Origin: Octopus sinensis
Lineage: Eukaryota
Direction of reading: 5' to 3'
Assembly (NCBI RefSeq): GCF_006345805.1
Contig: NC_043013.1
Coordinates: forward strand, 56,048,001 to 56,112,000
DNA length: 64,000 bases
The notes under the pieces are model-generated. The model was given only the letters and a program-made list of their open reading frames with translations. It was not told the DNA's origin and did not search any database. Made by a program: the position numbers and the translations under genes. Below are positions 1 through 12,100 of this stretch, piece after piece (within the stretch, counting starts at the first letter, position 1; every line of letters starts with the position of its first letter).

Positions 1-590
1 CGTAACCCAATGCAATTTTTCTTTTCGATTGATTTGTCTTGGAGGATAGCTGTAACTTCAGCCTCATATAAGTTTATCATGCATGACTGGCCAAGTGGGC
101 AAGCTTCAAGGTCTTGACAGTTACAACTGGGAGTGCTCTCTTGATGATTTTTGTGTTATAATGTTCATCATATTGGGGTAGCAGCTGTATGATATTTTTG
201 AGTGTCTGTTAAAAATGTTCCTGTATTTATGATTTATTGTAAAATGTTTATCTAAAAGAGACAGAAATTTCTTGCTTATGTTAGTCTTAACATTAAAAGA
301 GAAAGGAGGAGGTGAAAACAATTATTTTTACAATTCATATTTTTACTTAAACAGTTGTAATATATTTTATCTTTGAAGCTGCTAGAGCTTTATTATAGTA
401 GGGGGCTGCCTTATCAAATATTTGTTTTGAAGAAAATAGATTTGAGATCTATGTTGGCTGTCAAACTTTTAAAGACTATAAGGGGTTGACAGGACTGTTT
501 ATGTTTTAACAAGAGCTTCTCATTTAGCTTATGATACAACTTATAAAAGTAGGAGTTTAAATCTAGGGAAACATCTAAAAATATATAAAC
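1..590 (-). mobile_element. Penelope-like element fragment (RT C-terminus, linker, start of GIY-YIG endonuclease), frameshifted
   Basis: Minus-strand translations FLDVSLDLNSYFYKLYHKLNEK..., IFDKAAPYYNKALAAS, FSPPPFSFNVKTNISKKFLSLLDKHF...KISYSCYPNM, then CNCQDLEACPLGQSC...YEAEVT...CIG. These match the typical PLE thumb/linker/CxC-CP and YIG motifs. Confidence 0.85.
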
Positions 591-1103
591 ATGTGTATAT
601 ATGCATCTATACATACATACATATATATATATATACATATGTGTACATGTGCATGCACATGCATGAGTGCATGTGTGTATGTATGTATGTGTGTTTGTAT
701 GTATGTATGTATGTACATTTATACTTGTCACACTGGAATTCATGAATGAATGAAAATTATTCAAAATAATAAAATATAAGTACTTCCTTCCATTTCTCTT
801 TGTTCATGATAAGATATGTATGACATTTCAAGTCACTTCTCACATATGCAATTAGCATTCATTATCTTTTATCTAAATCTTCAAAGTGTTCAGAAATGTT
901 TTAAAAAAAGCTTTTCTTAATATTTTGCTTCCAATGCCTTTTACCTTCATCATTCAGTATTCCTCAACTTTCCCTAATTCTTTGACATTTCATTGTCTCT
1001 CTTTCCATCTGATTTAACTCCCATCAATAACATTTACAGAGCATTCAATGTGCTAAATTGTTCTTGTATACTATTGAAAACAACATGTGTATTGCAGAGG
1101 GTT

Positions 1104-1372
1104 AGCAGAATTGCTAGACTGGCAGAATTGCTAGACTGACAGAATTGCTAGATTGGCAGAATTGCAAGATCTGCAGAATTGCTTGACTGGCAGAATTGCA
1201 AGACTGGTAGATTTGCTAGATTTGCAGAACTGCAAGATTGGCAGAACTGCAAGATTTGCAGAATTGCTAGATTGACAGCATTACTAGATTTTCAGATTTT
1301 CTAGATTGGCAGAATTGCTAGATTAGCAGAATTGCTAGACTGGTAGATTTGCTAAATTGGAAGAATTGCTTG
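1104..1372 (+). repeat. 16-bp minisatellite (GGCAGAATTGCTAGAY), ~16 copies, running into a decayed SINE body (~1373-1500)
   Basis: Direct tandem repeats are visible. The downstream ggttcaaaccccactgaggtccactttgtctttc resembles the SINE bodies at 31020 and 42645. Confidence 0.85.
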
Positions 1373-2117
1373 GGCATCAAATAAAATATTTCACCACATT
1401 TCCTTTATACTTCTTAACATTCTTGGTTCAAACCCCACTGAGGTCCACTTTGTCTTTCAACTTTCCAAGATCAACAAAAGAAAGAAACAGTCAAGCACTG
1501 CAGCTGGTCTGCTCCATCATTTTCTAAAAGATGTGACATTCTCAGTCATCAATATTTTACAATCGATGCTATTGATTGATTGGCAATCAAAACATTGAAT
1601 AAAATGCCTAGCAAAGCTTTGAGAAACACCTCTTCACCTTTTCTAGTTTCAAATTCTGCCTGAAGTTGAAGAACTGGCTATCATTACAGACTTCGCTAGA
1701 ACACCTCACATTATTTGTTCTGACATTTTGTGCTTTGAGTCCAAAGTTCCACAAGGAGAACTTTACCTTTCATTTAATCAAGGTTAATAAGTAAAATAAC
1801 TGACAAGTAAAGGGGTTGGGTCTTTTCTCTTCTACTCTTTCCCCCTCTGTCTTACTCTCTCTCTTTCTCTCTCTCTCTCTCTCTGCTCTTTCAAGACGAC
1901 ACAGACTGTGGTCAGAATGGATTCCACTGGACATTAAAATTTCCAAGACATGCTGTATATACCGATGCCTCATCTATGACTCCACGAGGAATTGAAAACC
2001 CAACATCAAATCATCTTTCCTGCCAAAGTGAAGAACCAATGAAAAAACTTAGCACAGCAAAATTTAATCGATAATTTAATAGAGTCATCTGATGTAATAT
2101 CTATTATAAAGAAACCT

Positions 2118-2315
2118 CACCTGTGCCAGTGCCATGTAAAAAAAAAACACACCCCAAACACTGTGTAAAGTGGTTGGCAGCAGGAAGAGTATCCAGCTGT
2201 AGAAATGATGCTGAAGCAGGCCCTGGAGTATGGATATGGTCCTGCATCTTGTCAGAGCCTGTCAAACCATCCAACTTATGCTACGTGGGAAATAGACAAT
2301 AAATGATGATGATGG
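2118..2315 (+). mobile_element. Diverged 3' end of the RTE LINE family, with (GAT)n tail
   Basis: gtggttggc..ggaagagtatccagctgtagaaa...ccatccaacttatgcta...aaatgatgatgatg is the reverse complement of the 15491-15660 terminus. Confidence 0.7.
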
Positions 2316-2320
2316 TGATT

Positions 2321-2352
<32 letters not shown>

Positions 2353-2367
2353 GGCGGGCCACACTTT

Positions 2368-2527
2368 TTAACCCTTCTAAGCTATACCAGATCATATTGC
2401 TAAGCAGAATAAAGAGAAATTAAGAAACAAGGTTGCCATAAATGAATTGGTCCAGATATTTTCATGCAATTTTGATAGAGCCACATATATTGTCTGGTGC
2501 CAACATTATTGCAAGTGAAAGGGTTAA
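2368..2527. mobile_element. piggyBac-type MITE (TTAA-CCCTT...AAGGG-TTAA)
   Basis: TTAA at 2368 and 2524 flank short inverted termini. Confidence 0.5.
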
Positions 2528-3489
2528 AGGATGATTTAAATGCTGCAGATTTACAAATTTGATTAACAAATTGTCCATTCTCTACGAAATAATGGAAGGA
2601 ATATATAATTAACAGAATTACTAGAGGGTTGTACAATATTCTCTGTGTAAGATAATTTTAGACTTGATTTTATTGAAACTTTTATGAAAATTCCAAAGTG
2701 AAGCCAATTTATTTAGGTTCCAGTGAACCAATAAACAAAATTCAAAGTTATATTTATTCTTTTATCTTTTTCCAAATTTATGAGAAAATTTCCGCCATCT
2801 AAAGAATTCAAAATTTGATTTAAACTTATCCTTGTAAATATCAATATTAGTTAACTAAAATAAAAGCTAGAGATGTACAGCTTGAAAAACTACTCAAATT
2901 TATGTTTGACTGAGTTTGCCAACTTTGTAGTGAATGGTGTAGGAATATTTTTTGGAAATTTGCCATTGCTAAAGAAAGGAATATAATTCTAAGAAATGAT
3001 GACTTAGTTGGAAATAAAAACAGAATCAACACACTATGATAATGGAATAACAAAATAACAAACAAATAAACAAACAAAATGGTAAGGATTTCTACTACTT
3101 CAATATATTGATTATGTGTAGAACAATTAGCTCCTAAGTTGGCATGACTATAAAGTATTTTCCTTTTTCAAACAGCTTTGGCGGTTTCAAGGAAATATGT
3201 AATACAGAACCATCGAAGCCAACATAAACAAACACACAATTAAAGAAGTCGAATTAAATGCCAGTTCATTGCAACTCTCTTCTCTTTCCCTCTCAAGAGT
3301 CTGCTTTCAATAGAAATATTCTTTTTTTTCCTTTCCAAGCTTAAGCCAACATATAGACATAAGCTATAAATATTAAGAACTACTCTGGGATCATAATATT
3401 CTGATAGAATTCCGACCGAAACTAGGTCGGTTGGAACTATTTCTCTTTAAAAGGAAAACTACACTTGATTTACATTGTTACAGTGGACC

Positions 3490-6225
3490 CTTTCTCTCCA
3501 ATCAATTATTCCCTCCACCCCCTTCCTCAGCCATTTTTTCCATCTTCTCTCCTACCATTTATTCCCTCCTCCTCCTTCCTAAGCTCCTTTTTCCAACTTC
3601 TCTCCTACCACTTATTCCCTCCTCCTCCTTCCTCAGCCCCTTTTTCCAACTTCTCTCCTACCACTTATTCCATCCTTCCCCTTCCTCAGCCCCTTTTTCC
3701 AACTTCTTTCCTACCACTTATTCTCTCCTCCTCCTTCCTCAGCCCCTTTTTCCATCTTCGCTCCTACCACTTATTCCCTCCTTCCCCTTCCTCAGCCCCT
3801 TTTTCCAACTTCTCTCCTACCACTTATTCCCTCCTTCCCCTTCCTCAGCCCCTTTTTCCAACTTCTCTCCTACCACTTATTCTGTCCTTCCCCTTCCTCA
3901 GCCCCTTCTTCCAACTTCTCTCCTATCACTTATTCCCTCCTCCCTCTCCCTAGTACCTTTTCCATCTTCTCGCTTACCACTTATTCCCTCCTCTTCAAAC
4001 CTCAACCCTTTTTTCAACTTCTCTCCTACCACTTATTCCGTCATCCCCCTTCCTCAGCCCCTTTTTCCATCTCCTCTCCTACCACTTATTCCCTCCTACT
4101 TCTCCTTCTGCAGCCCCCTTTTCCAACTTTTCTCCTACCACTTATTCCCTCCTCCCCTTTTCCATCTTCTCTCCTACCACTTATTCCCTCCTCCACCTTC
4201 CTCAGCCCCTTTTTCCATCTTCTCTCCTACCACTTATTCTCTCCTCTTTTTCCAACTTCTCTTCTACCACTTATTCCTTCCTCCTCCTTCCTCAGCCCCT
4301 TTTTTAACTCTATCCTACCACATATTCCCTCCTCCTCCTTCCTCAGCCCCTTTTTCCAACTTCTCTCCTACCACTTATTCCCTCCTCCCTCTTCCTAGCA
4401 CCTTTTTCCAACTTTTCTCCTACCACTTATTCCCTCCTCCTCCTTCCACAGCCCCTTTTTCCAACTTCTCTCCGACCACTTATTCCATCCTTCCCCTTCC
4501 TCAGCCCCTTTTTCCAACTTCTCTCCTACCACTTATTCTCTCCTCCTCCTTCCTCAGCCCCTTTTTCCATCTTCGCTCCTACCACTTATTCCCTCCTTCC
4601 CCTTCCTCAGCCCCTTTTTCCAACTTCTCCCTTACCACTTATTCCATCCTTCCCCTTCCTCAGCCCCTTCTTCCAACTTCTCTCCTATCACTTATTCCCT
4701 CCTCCCTCTTCCTAGTACCTTTTTCCATCTTCTCGCTTACCACTTATTCCCTCCTCTTTAAACCTCGACCCTTTTTTCAACTTCTCTCCTAACACTTATT
4801 CCCTTCTCCTCCTTCCTCAGCCCCTTTTTCCATCTCCTCTCCTACCACTTATTCCCTCCTCCTCCTTCCTTAACCCATTTTTCCAACTTCTCTCCTACCA
4901 CTTATTCCGTCCTCCCCCTTCCTCAGCCCCTTTTTCCATCTCCTCTCTTACCACTTATTACCACCTACTTCTCCTTCTGCAGCCCCCTTTTCCAGCTTTT
5001 CTCCTACCACTTATTCCCTCCTCCCCTTTTTCCATCTTCTCTCCTACCACTTATTCCCTCCTCCACCTTCCTCAGCCCCTTTTTCCATCTTCTCTCCTAC
5101 CGCTTATTCTCTCCTCTTTTTCCAACTTCTCTCCTACCACTTATTCCCTCCTTCTCCTTCCTCAGCCCCTTTTTCCATCTTGTCTCCTACCACTTTTTCC
5201 CTCCTCCTCTTTCCTCAACCCCTTTTTCCAACTTCTATCCTACTACTTATTCTATCCTCCCCCTTCCTCAGCCCCTTTTTCCATCTCCTCTCCTACCACT
5301 TATTCCCTCCTCCTCCTTCCACAGCCCCCTTTTCCAACTTCTGTCCTACCACTTATTTCATCCCCCACCTTCCTCAGCCCCTTTTTCCATCTTCTCTCCT
5401 ACCACTTATTCACTCCTCTTTTTCCAACTTCTCTCCTACCACGTATTCCCTCCTCCCTCTTCCTCAGCCCCTTTTTCCATCTTTTCTCCTACCACTTATT
5501 CCCTCCTCCCCTTTTTCCATCTTCTCTCCTACCACTTATTCCCTCCTCCACCTTCCTCAGCCCCTTTTTCCATCTTCTCTCCTACCACTTATTCTCTCCT
5601 CTTTTTCCAACTTCTCTTCTACCACTTATTCCTTCCTCCTCCTTCCTGGGCCCCTTTTTTTAACTCTATCCTACCACATATTCCCTCCTCCTCCTTCCTC
5701 AGCCCCTTTTTCCAACTTCTCTCCTACCACTTATTCCCTCCTCCCTCTTCCTAGCACCTTTTTCCAACTTTTCTCCTACCACTTATTCCCTCTTCCTCCT
5801 TCCTCAGCCCCTTTTTCCAACTTCTCTCCTACCACTTATTCTCTCCTTCCCCTTCCTCAGCCCCTTTTTCCAACTTCTCTCCTACCACTTATTCTCTCCT
5901 GCTCCTTCCTCAGCCCCTTTTTCCATCTTCGCTCCTACCACTTATCCCCTCCTTCCCCTTCCTCAGCCCCTTTTTCCAACTTCTCTCCTACCACTTCTTC
6001 CCTCCTCCCCCTTCCTAGCCCCTTTTTTCTTCTTTTCTCCTACCACCTATTCCCTCCTCCTCCTTCCTCAGCCTCCTTTACCATCTTCTCTCCTATCATT
6101 TATTCCCTCCTCCCCCTTCGGCAGCCCCTTTTTCCCTCTTCTCTCTTCCCACTTATTCCCCCCTCCTCCTTCCTAAGCCCCCTTTTTCATCTTCTCTCCT
6201 GCCAGTTATTCCCTCCTCCTCCATC
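3490..6225 (+). repeat. Polypyrimidine minisatellite, ~53-bp unit with ~39-bp variants and higher-order duplications
   Basis: Unit ttctctcctaccacttattccctcctcctccttcctcagcccctttttccaac (3598-3650). The plus strand has almost no G. Confidence 0.95.
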
Positions 6226-6784
6226 CTATCTCCCGAAACCCATATCTCCCGTCAGTCACACCCCTATCCATGTTCGTCAATCACTACATTCACCTCTAAC
6301 CATATATTACTCTTCACTCTCACTCTTCCGCAGTTGCCTAACCATCACTCATGATCCTTTCTCCTTATTCTCCCTTAAATACATCGTACCTTGTTTTAAC
6401 TTGAATATACATTAAGCTGACATGCCATCACCACCCCATTTGTCTCTCTTGTCGGCTACTTCTATCCACCCTTAAACAGCACAGGGTAGTCATGTACCCT
6501 CTTGCACAATAAGATACCAGTCCCTGTCCCCTGGTCAAATTTTAGCCTCTCAACATCTGGCATAAAGCTACTTCTCTCTATAAAATCTACCCACTCAGCC
6601 CAGGGGTTTTTTCACTTTGGTGACGCTTTTACTTTGGGACTTCACCAGAGTTTGTACCCACAAAAGGGTGACCCGTACACTCTGCAAAATAGAATCCAGC
6701 CATGGAAGCTACGACACAGGAAACAATGGAGCTTGATATAGTCATGATGATCTGTCCAGCGCATGCCAGCAGGGAAGACAGATG

Positions 6785-6823
<39 letters not shown>

Positions 6824-6824
6824 T

Positions 6825-7327
6825 ATCGCCATACTAATATGGCAGTCTATAAATATAAGACTAAAGCTGTCACCAATTAGCTCCAGGAGGCCATTGCCTC
6901 CAGCTAGCTATATGACACACGAACCTGCGTCCATTACAACCTTCGAACAGGGAAGGTCAGCTGCTTCACCGTGCTAGTCAGACATCTGCAGACATGTTTC
7001 ATGGTTGTTGCCCTTTATCAATGCAGCGTAGTCAGAACCAGCGGGTGTTGCTACTGATCGTCTATTCGAAGATTTTATTTACCTAGTTACAGTGGAATAC
7101 ATCCACTTGTTTTCAATAATAGAAATATTAAAATTACTAAGTTCGAAGGTTGTAATGGACGCAGGTTCGTATATCATATAGCTAGAGGCGATGGCCTCTT
7201 GGAGCTAATCAGCCACAGCTTTAGTCTTATAGTTATAGACTGCCATATTAGTATGGCGATAACTATTAATATCCAGTAACGCTGCCGTAATCTCCTTTAG
7301 AGAGACTTAGTAATTTTAATATTTCTA
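6825..7327 (-). mobile_element. Fold-back ribozyme-bearing element (Penelope pLTR / retrozyme-like) between (TA)n tracts
   Basis: Inverted pairs 6825-6948/7141-7260 and 7120-7141/7306-7327. A hammerhead motif lies in the spacer. Confidence 0.75.
6986..7026 (-). ncRNA. Type I hammerhead ribozyme, U3-A8 core variant
   Basis: Minus strand: ctgca TTGATAA agggcaacaaccat GAAA catg TC tgcag. Stem I is ctgca/tgcag, stem III is the palindrome ACATGT, and stem II is imperfect. Confidence 0.6.
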
Positions 7328-7383
<56 letters not shown>

Positions 7384-8029
7384 GTATGTATGTATGTAGT
7401 AAAATTGACAGAAAGAGCCCAGTGAAGTTGGAATGGAGACTGGAAAATCCAAAGTTTCAGAGTCGTTCTTCAGAGAATTTTTGACAAAAGAGAGATGAAG
7501 GAGAGACAACAGATGCTTATATGTTTTCTGAGTTCTGATAACTGGTTGCAATTCCCATGCACACACACACACACACACGCACATATATGCATATGTATAT
7601 ATATATGTATATAGTACATAGTAAGATAGTGGTTATGAGGGTAACCCACTATGGGATATCAGTTATCCAATATACTGCTGGTGAAGCACCCATAAGGCAA
7701 ATACATAAATGCTTATAATTGCAATGCAATTAATTCATTTATTGTATTGGATATATATATATATATTTATATATATATATAGATAGATAGATATAGTGTA
7801 CATGTATGTGTGTGTGCATGTGTGTGTAGGCACGTATGTGTGTGCATATACACACATAGAAGTGCACACACACACACATGACAGGCCTCTGAATGGTCTC
7901 CTCTACTTGTACTTGCAAAGCAATTGTTGAGGCCAGGTGTATAGTATTAGACATTTGCCCAGGGTGCTTAAGGTATCCTATAACAGGATCGGGTGGGCAT
8001 GTTAAGCTAGAGGTGAGGAGTTAAAACTG

Positions 8030-8235
8030 ACACACAAGTTGGATGTTGTGGGATTTGAACTCAGAATAGACAGAAGTGAAACAAATACCATAAGACATGT
8101 GATCCTATGCCTTAACAAAGCAACCAGATAGCCACCTTAGATTGGATGTTTATTTATTGACCCTGAGTGGGGGAAAGGCAATATTGACAGCAGTTGGATT
8201 TGAACTTTGAAAGCAAGGAACTGCAGTAAATGTTG
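8030..8235 (-). mobile_element. Two decayed tRNA-derived SINE heads
   Basis: Reverse B-box motifs ggatttgaactcagaa (~8051) and ggatttgaactttgaa (~8196). Confidence 0.5.
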
Positions 8236-9709
8236 AGATGTATTTTGTCTCAGCAGTATTTCTGTTGGATGAAGAACAGATTGAAATAAAATCTGGAGGA
8301 ACTGAAGGGATATTAGAGGAATTTTTGAATTGATAGGAGAGGAGATGGGTTTGAGATTGATGATGGTGGATTGGAGGAAAGCTGAAGGAAATTGCCATCT
8401 CTATGTTAGAAATTGGTACTTAAAGATGGAATGGAATCTGTAAAAGGGAATTTCTTCAGAGAGGAATGACTGTAAAGCAAACACTTGATACAGAGGTAAT
8501 GATGATGACAAAAGGGAAATAACAATTTAGAGACTTAAATGACCTGAAAATAGAGATCAGAATTAGAAACCAGTAACAATGACAAATTTGAACTTCCATT
8601 CAAAACATTCTAAGGTAGTCTTAGGCAAGACCCATTATTTTATTGTTATAATTTGCTGAGCTAAGTATAAGCACTGCTAATGCTTCACAGTTGAATTATT
8701 GATATTAAGAAAACCCAATCTGCTGTGAAATCATGTGTTCCAATTTTTAGCAAAATTTCTGAAACTCTTCACATACACCAACATTAGAAATTCAATAGGA
8801 GAAAAATGAAAAAGAAAACAACACAAAAAACAAATTTAAAAAAATGAAAAAGAAAACAGGAAACAAATTTTTTAAAAAATGGAATTTCTCATAGAATTTC
8901 TAGTAAGCAAAAATATCTTGAATATTGTAATTAGCATTTATGGAAATTAGGCTCTCGTTTAGTAATGTAAAAATAACAATAAGCAGCAAATAAGAGAATA
9001 AAGGCTTAAAGAAAAAAAAGGGAAAAAATATAAAATATAGAAAAGAGCTGAAGACAGGACCAAGAGAAAAATAAATAGGAAAGAAAAGAATAAAAGAGAT
9101 GAGAGGATGGATTTGTGAAATTGGTAAAAAGTGAAGTTTATAGTGTGTTAAGGCTTGTGATTTAGTGTCTATAAAAGGAAATTACTGGAAATTGAGAGAA
9201 AAACCATGAAATTAGAATGAATCAACAATAGGCAATTAATAAAGAAACCTTATAGGATAATATGTGTGTGTGTATTGTTTGTTGTTGTTTATTGTTAAAA
9301 GATGAGGAGGAGGAGGAGGAGGAGGGGGAGAAATGGTTTTATCAAATGGAAGTTTTTAAATGCTGTAAACATCTGAGATGAAAATGAATAAAAGAAAAGA
9401 GAGATTAAAAAAGAACAAAATGAATGGAAGACTAAAAGAAAACAAACAAATAAAATATTGTATTTAAATTTAGAAGCTCAATGGGTAGGAGACTAAATAC
9501 CACCAGGTATCTATTGCCAGCTCACTCTTTTGTTCTTGTCAATGATGATGGTGGTGATGGTGACGGGGAATGATAATCAGGACAATGGCAACAACGACAA
9601 CAACAATCACATATAGACATTGTTACTATTTTCAGTATATATACATACATCTACATATATGTGCGTGTATATGTGTATATATATGACTATATCTATATCT
9701 ACATATCTG

Positions 9710-9747
<38 letters not shown>

Positions 9748-9750
<3 letters not shown>

Positions 9751-10012
9751 CAACGATTTGCCTCACCACACACCGAATTTAGAAATAGCAGTCAAAAAGT
9801 TTTGGCTATTCTTTCTACTTTTAAGAAGAAAGAATAGCCAAAACTTTTTGACTGCTATTTCTAAATTCGGTGTGTGGTGAGGCAAATCGTTGCTAAACCC
9901 TCAATTACTTAGTATTACTTAAACCTTCCTTGAATGGGTCTTTTACATGCCGAACTCTACTTGGAGAAATTAATGATTATTTCTAAATTAATTAATTTCA
10001 CCCTTTATTATT
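9748..10012. mobile_element. Fold-back element with a perfect 69-bp inverted repeat, inserted in (TA)n
   Basis: 9748-9816 is the exact reverse complement of 9827-9895, with a 10-nt loop. A unique tail runs to ~10012 and TA tracts lie on both sides. Confidence 0.75.
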
Positions 10013-10101
10013 GATATATATATATATATACATACATATACCTATACATATACATGCATACATACATACATATATATATATATACACATGCATATATATG
10101 T

Positions 10102-10134
<33 letters not shown>

Positions 10135-10432
10135 GATAGATAGATGTATAGATAAATAGATAGATAGATACATATTGATATTAATTTGATTATAGGAGAT
10201 CCATAAAGGATCAAGCCGTATCAAAATAGAGCACGCCACACTTATTGGCTAGACAGAATGACGCAAATCGGAGAGTTAAGTAGTCTGTTATCGTAGCATA
10301 GAATGCCTTGATGAAGGGAAGTTCAGCTGCTTGGTAATCCACAACTCTAATTGTATCCAGAATTATCCAAAGATGAAAGGAAACTTAATACGGTGGCAGA
10401 AAGCATAATAATAGTAGACAAATTGGATATTT

Positions 10433-10562
10433 GGTAATGTTACAATTGTTTCATTAAAAGTTTTTATTGCAATGTAAATATAGTACTGTCAGGTATGCGT
10501 TATGCACAATGTCAATAAGAATCTGTAATATGTTATGCAACTCTCAACTCATCAGGATTACC
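10433..10562 (-). ncRNA. Type I hammerhead ribozyme with long stem II
   Basis: Minus strand: ggtaatc CTGATGA gttgagagtt...aacttttaat GAAA caattg TA acattacc. Stem II base is 10 bp including G-U, stem III is the palindrome ACAATTGT, and stem I is ggtaat/attacc with a proximal mismatch. Confidence 0.7.
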
Positions 10563-10674
10563 AAGTGAGCAATGACATGTTGATCAATCAACAGATGAAC
10601 AAGGACTTCTAATCAGAATGAACATCACTAATGAGGTCACCATGTCTATATACATACGCACATACATACATATA

Positions 10675-10810
10675 TCACCTTGATCACCTTGACTGACCAG
10701 TCCGTCAGGCATCCATTTGACACCGCTGGTCACAGCACGCTGTCCACTCCTCTCTGGATCGCGCCTTTCTCATCTACGTGATCCCAGTCATCCTCCTGAA
10801 ATCGTAACTC
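10675..10810 (-). mobile_element. 3' end fragment of a LINE (RTE-like)
   Basis: Minus strand encodes ...RKARSREEWTACCDQR... and ends in a tandem tcaaggtga tail. Confidence 0.4.
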
Positions 10811-10989
10811 TATCTATCTACCTATACACACACACACACACACCCACACATATACATATATATACATGTATATATGTATGAACTCCTGAAACATACATAT
10901 ATACATGTATATATATGTATATGTGTGTATAGGTAGATAGATAGATAGATAGACGACAAACAGACAGACAGATAGATAGATAAATAGAT

Positions 10990-11200
10990 ATGAGTGATTC
11001 TGAAAAGTTCCTGGCTTTGGGTAAAAGAAAATATGGGTGAATCAGTTAATTATGATTTTATTCTACATATTCCCTTCTCACTTATCGTAGTGGTCATTCA
11101 GTTTTTTTTTAAGTTCTGTAAAAGGACTTGGAAAGTTAGGCCTCCAACCAGGCCTTTCATGATACCCTTAAAGCCAGGAACTTTTCAACATTCCCTCATG
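10990..11200. mobile_element. mariner-derived MITE
   Basis: TIRs tgag..tgaaaagttcctggcttt and aaagccaggaacttttca..ccctca. Confidence 0.7.
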
Positions 11201-11499
11201 TGTGTGTGTGTGTGTGTATGCTGTGAAATGCGACACATAACCAAAGTGTAGTCTGAGTTGTATGTCCCACACTCCACCCCTGTATCCAGCACAGGACGAT
11301 GTAGCAACCTTCAGCATAGCCTTGTATTTGGAATATGATCCATTTGATAGGATCAATAAAATACAGAAAACCCACAACCTTTATAAAACTGGCATTTCAG
11401 CAAATTACTGCCCAAGACGACATATTTGCTTGCTCAAATATTATATAATCCTGTTAATTCACCACTTGGGTGTTTAGTAAAAAAATACAATAGCTGGTA

Positions 11500-11962
11500 T
11501 CAACCATTTAGAATTTAAACCAACTATATCCAGTAATAGCATGTTGTCAACTTAATGTGACAGTCCTATGAAAGGGAAGAATGCTACTGTTATTTAGCCC
11601 TAGGAAACACCGTTTCCTGTTGGACTTGACACATTTCCGACGGCTAAATAATAGTAGTATTCTTCCCTTTCATGGGACTGTCACATTAAGTTGACAACAT
11701 GCTACCACTTTATCTTGCTGCTATTGCATAAATCTCTCTGAGAGATTTAGAAATATATTATATCCAACTATATCCAGCCCAGATATTTTGCCTTTCAAGC
11801 CAGCCTGATCTGGCCTCTCACATCTACCCTGCAATGTCATTCAAAGACTAAGCAGTCACATCATTGAAATATTTAAGCTATAAGATAAAGCTGAATGAAT
11901 TCAAAACAATGTGAGTAAATGAGCCTTGCATTTGATAGAGTAACCTGAATGCTAAAGAGTTA
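11500..11962. mobile_element. MITE-like host element interrupted by an insertion
   Basis: Imperfect inverted termini aaccatttagaatt and aatgctaaagagtt. Confidence 0.45.
11534..11763. mobile_element. 230-bp fold-back insertion with a 14-bp target-site duplication
   Basis: ccaactatatccag occurs at 11520-11533 and 11764-11777. Inverted arms are ~11537-11599 and ~11642-11704. Confidence 0.8.
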
Positions 11963-12100
11963 GATACAAATTCTCAACAACATTCTCTGAGGCCCATTGT
12001 GGATACCTAAGGTTACAGGTAGTAACCTGCAATCCACATAATTCCTACCAAGAATAAGACCAAACCTGAGGCACATCAAGACAACAACAACAATAATAAT

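Noticed and set aside
3431-6415. Long ORFs of 453, 162 and 411 aa
   Set aside because: Stop codons are scarce because the minisatellite strand lacks G. The same peptides appear in all frames, so this is not evidence of a gene.
7444-7481. Minus-strand CTGAAGA acgactct GAAA cttt
   Set aside because: Stem II and stem III do not pair properly, so it is not counted as a hammerhead.
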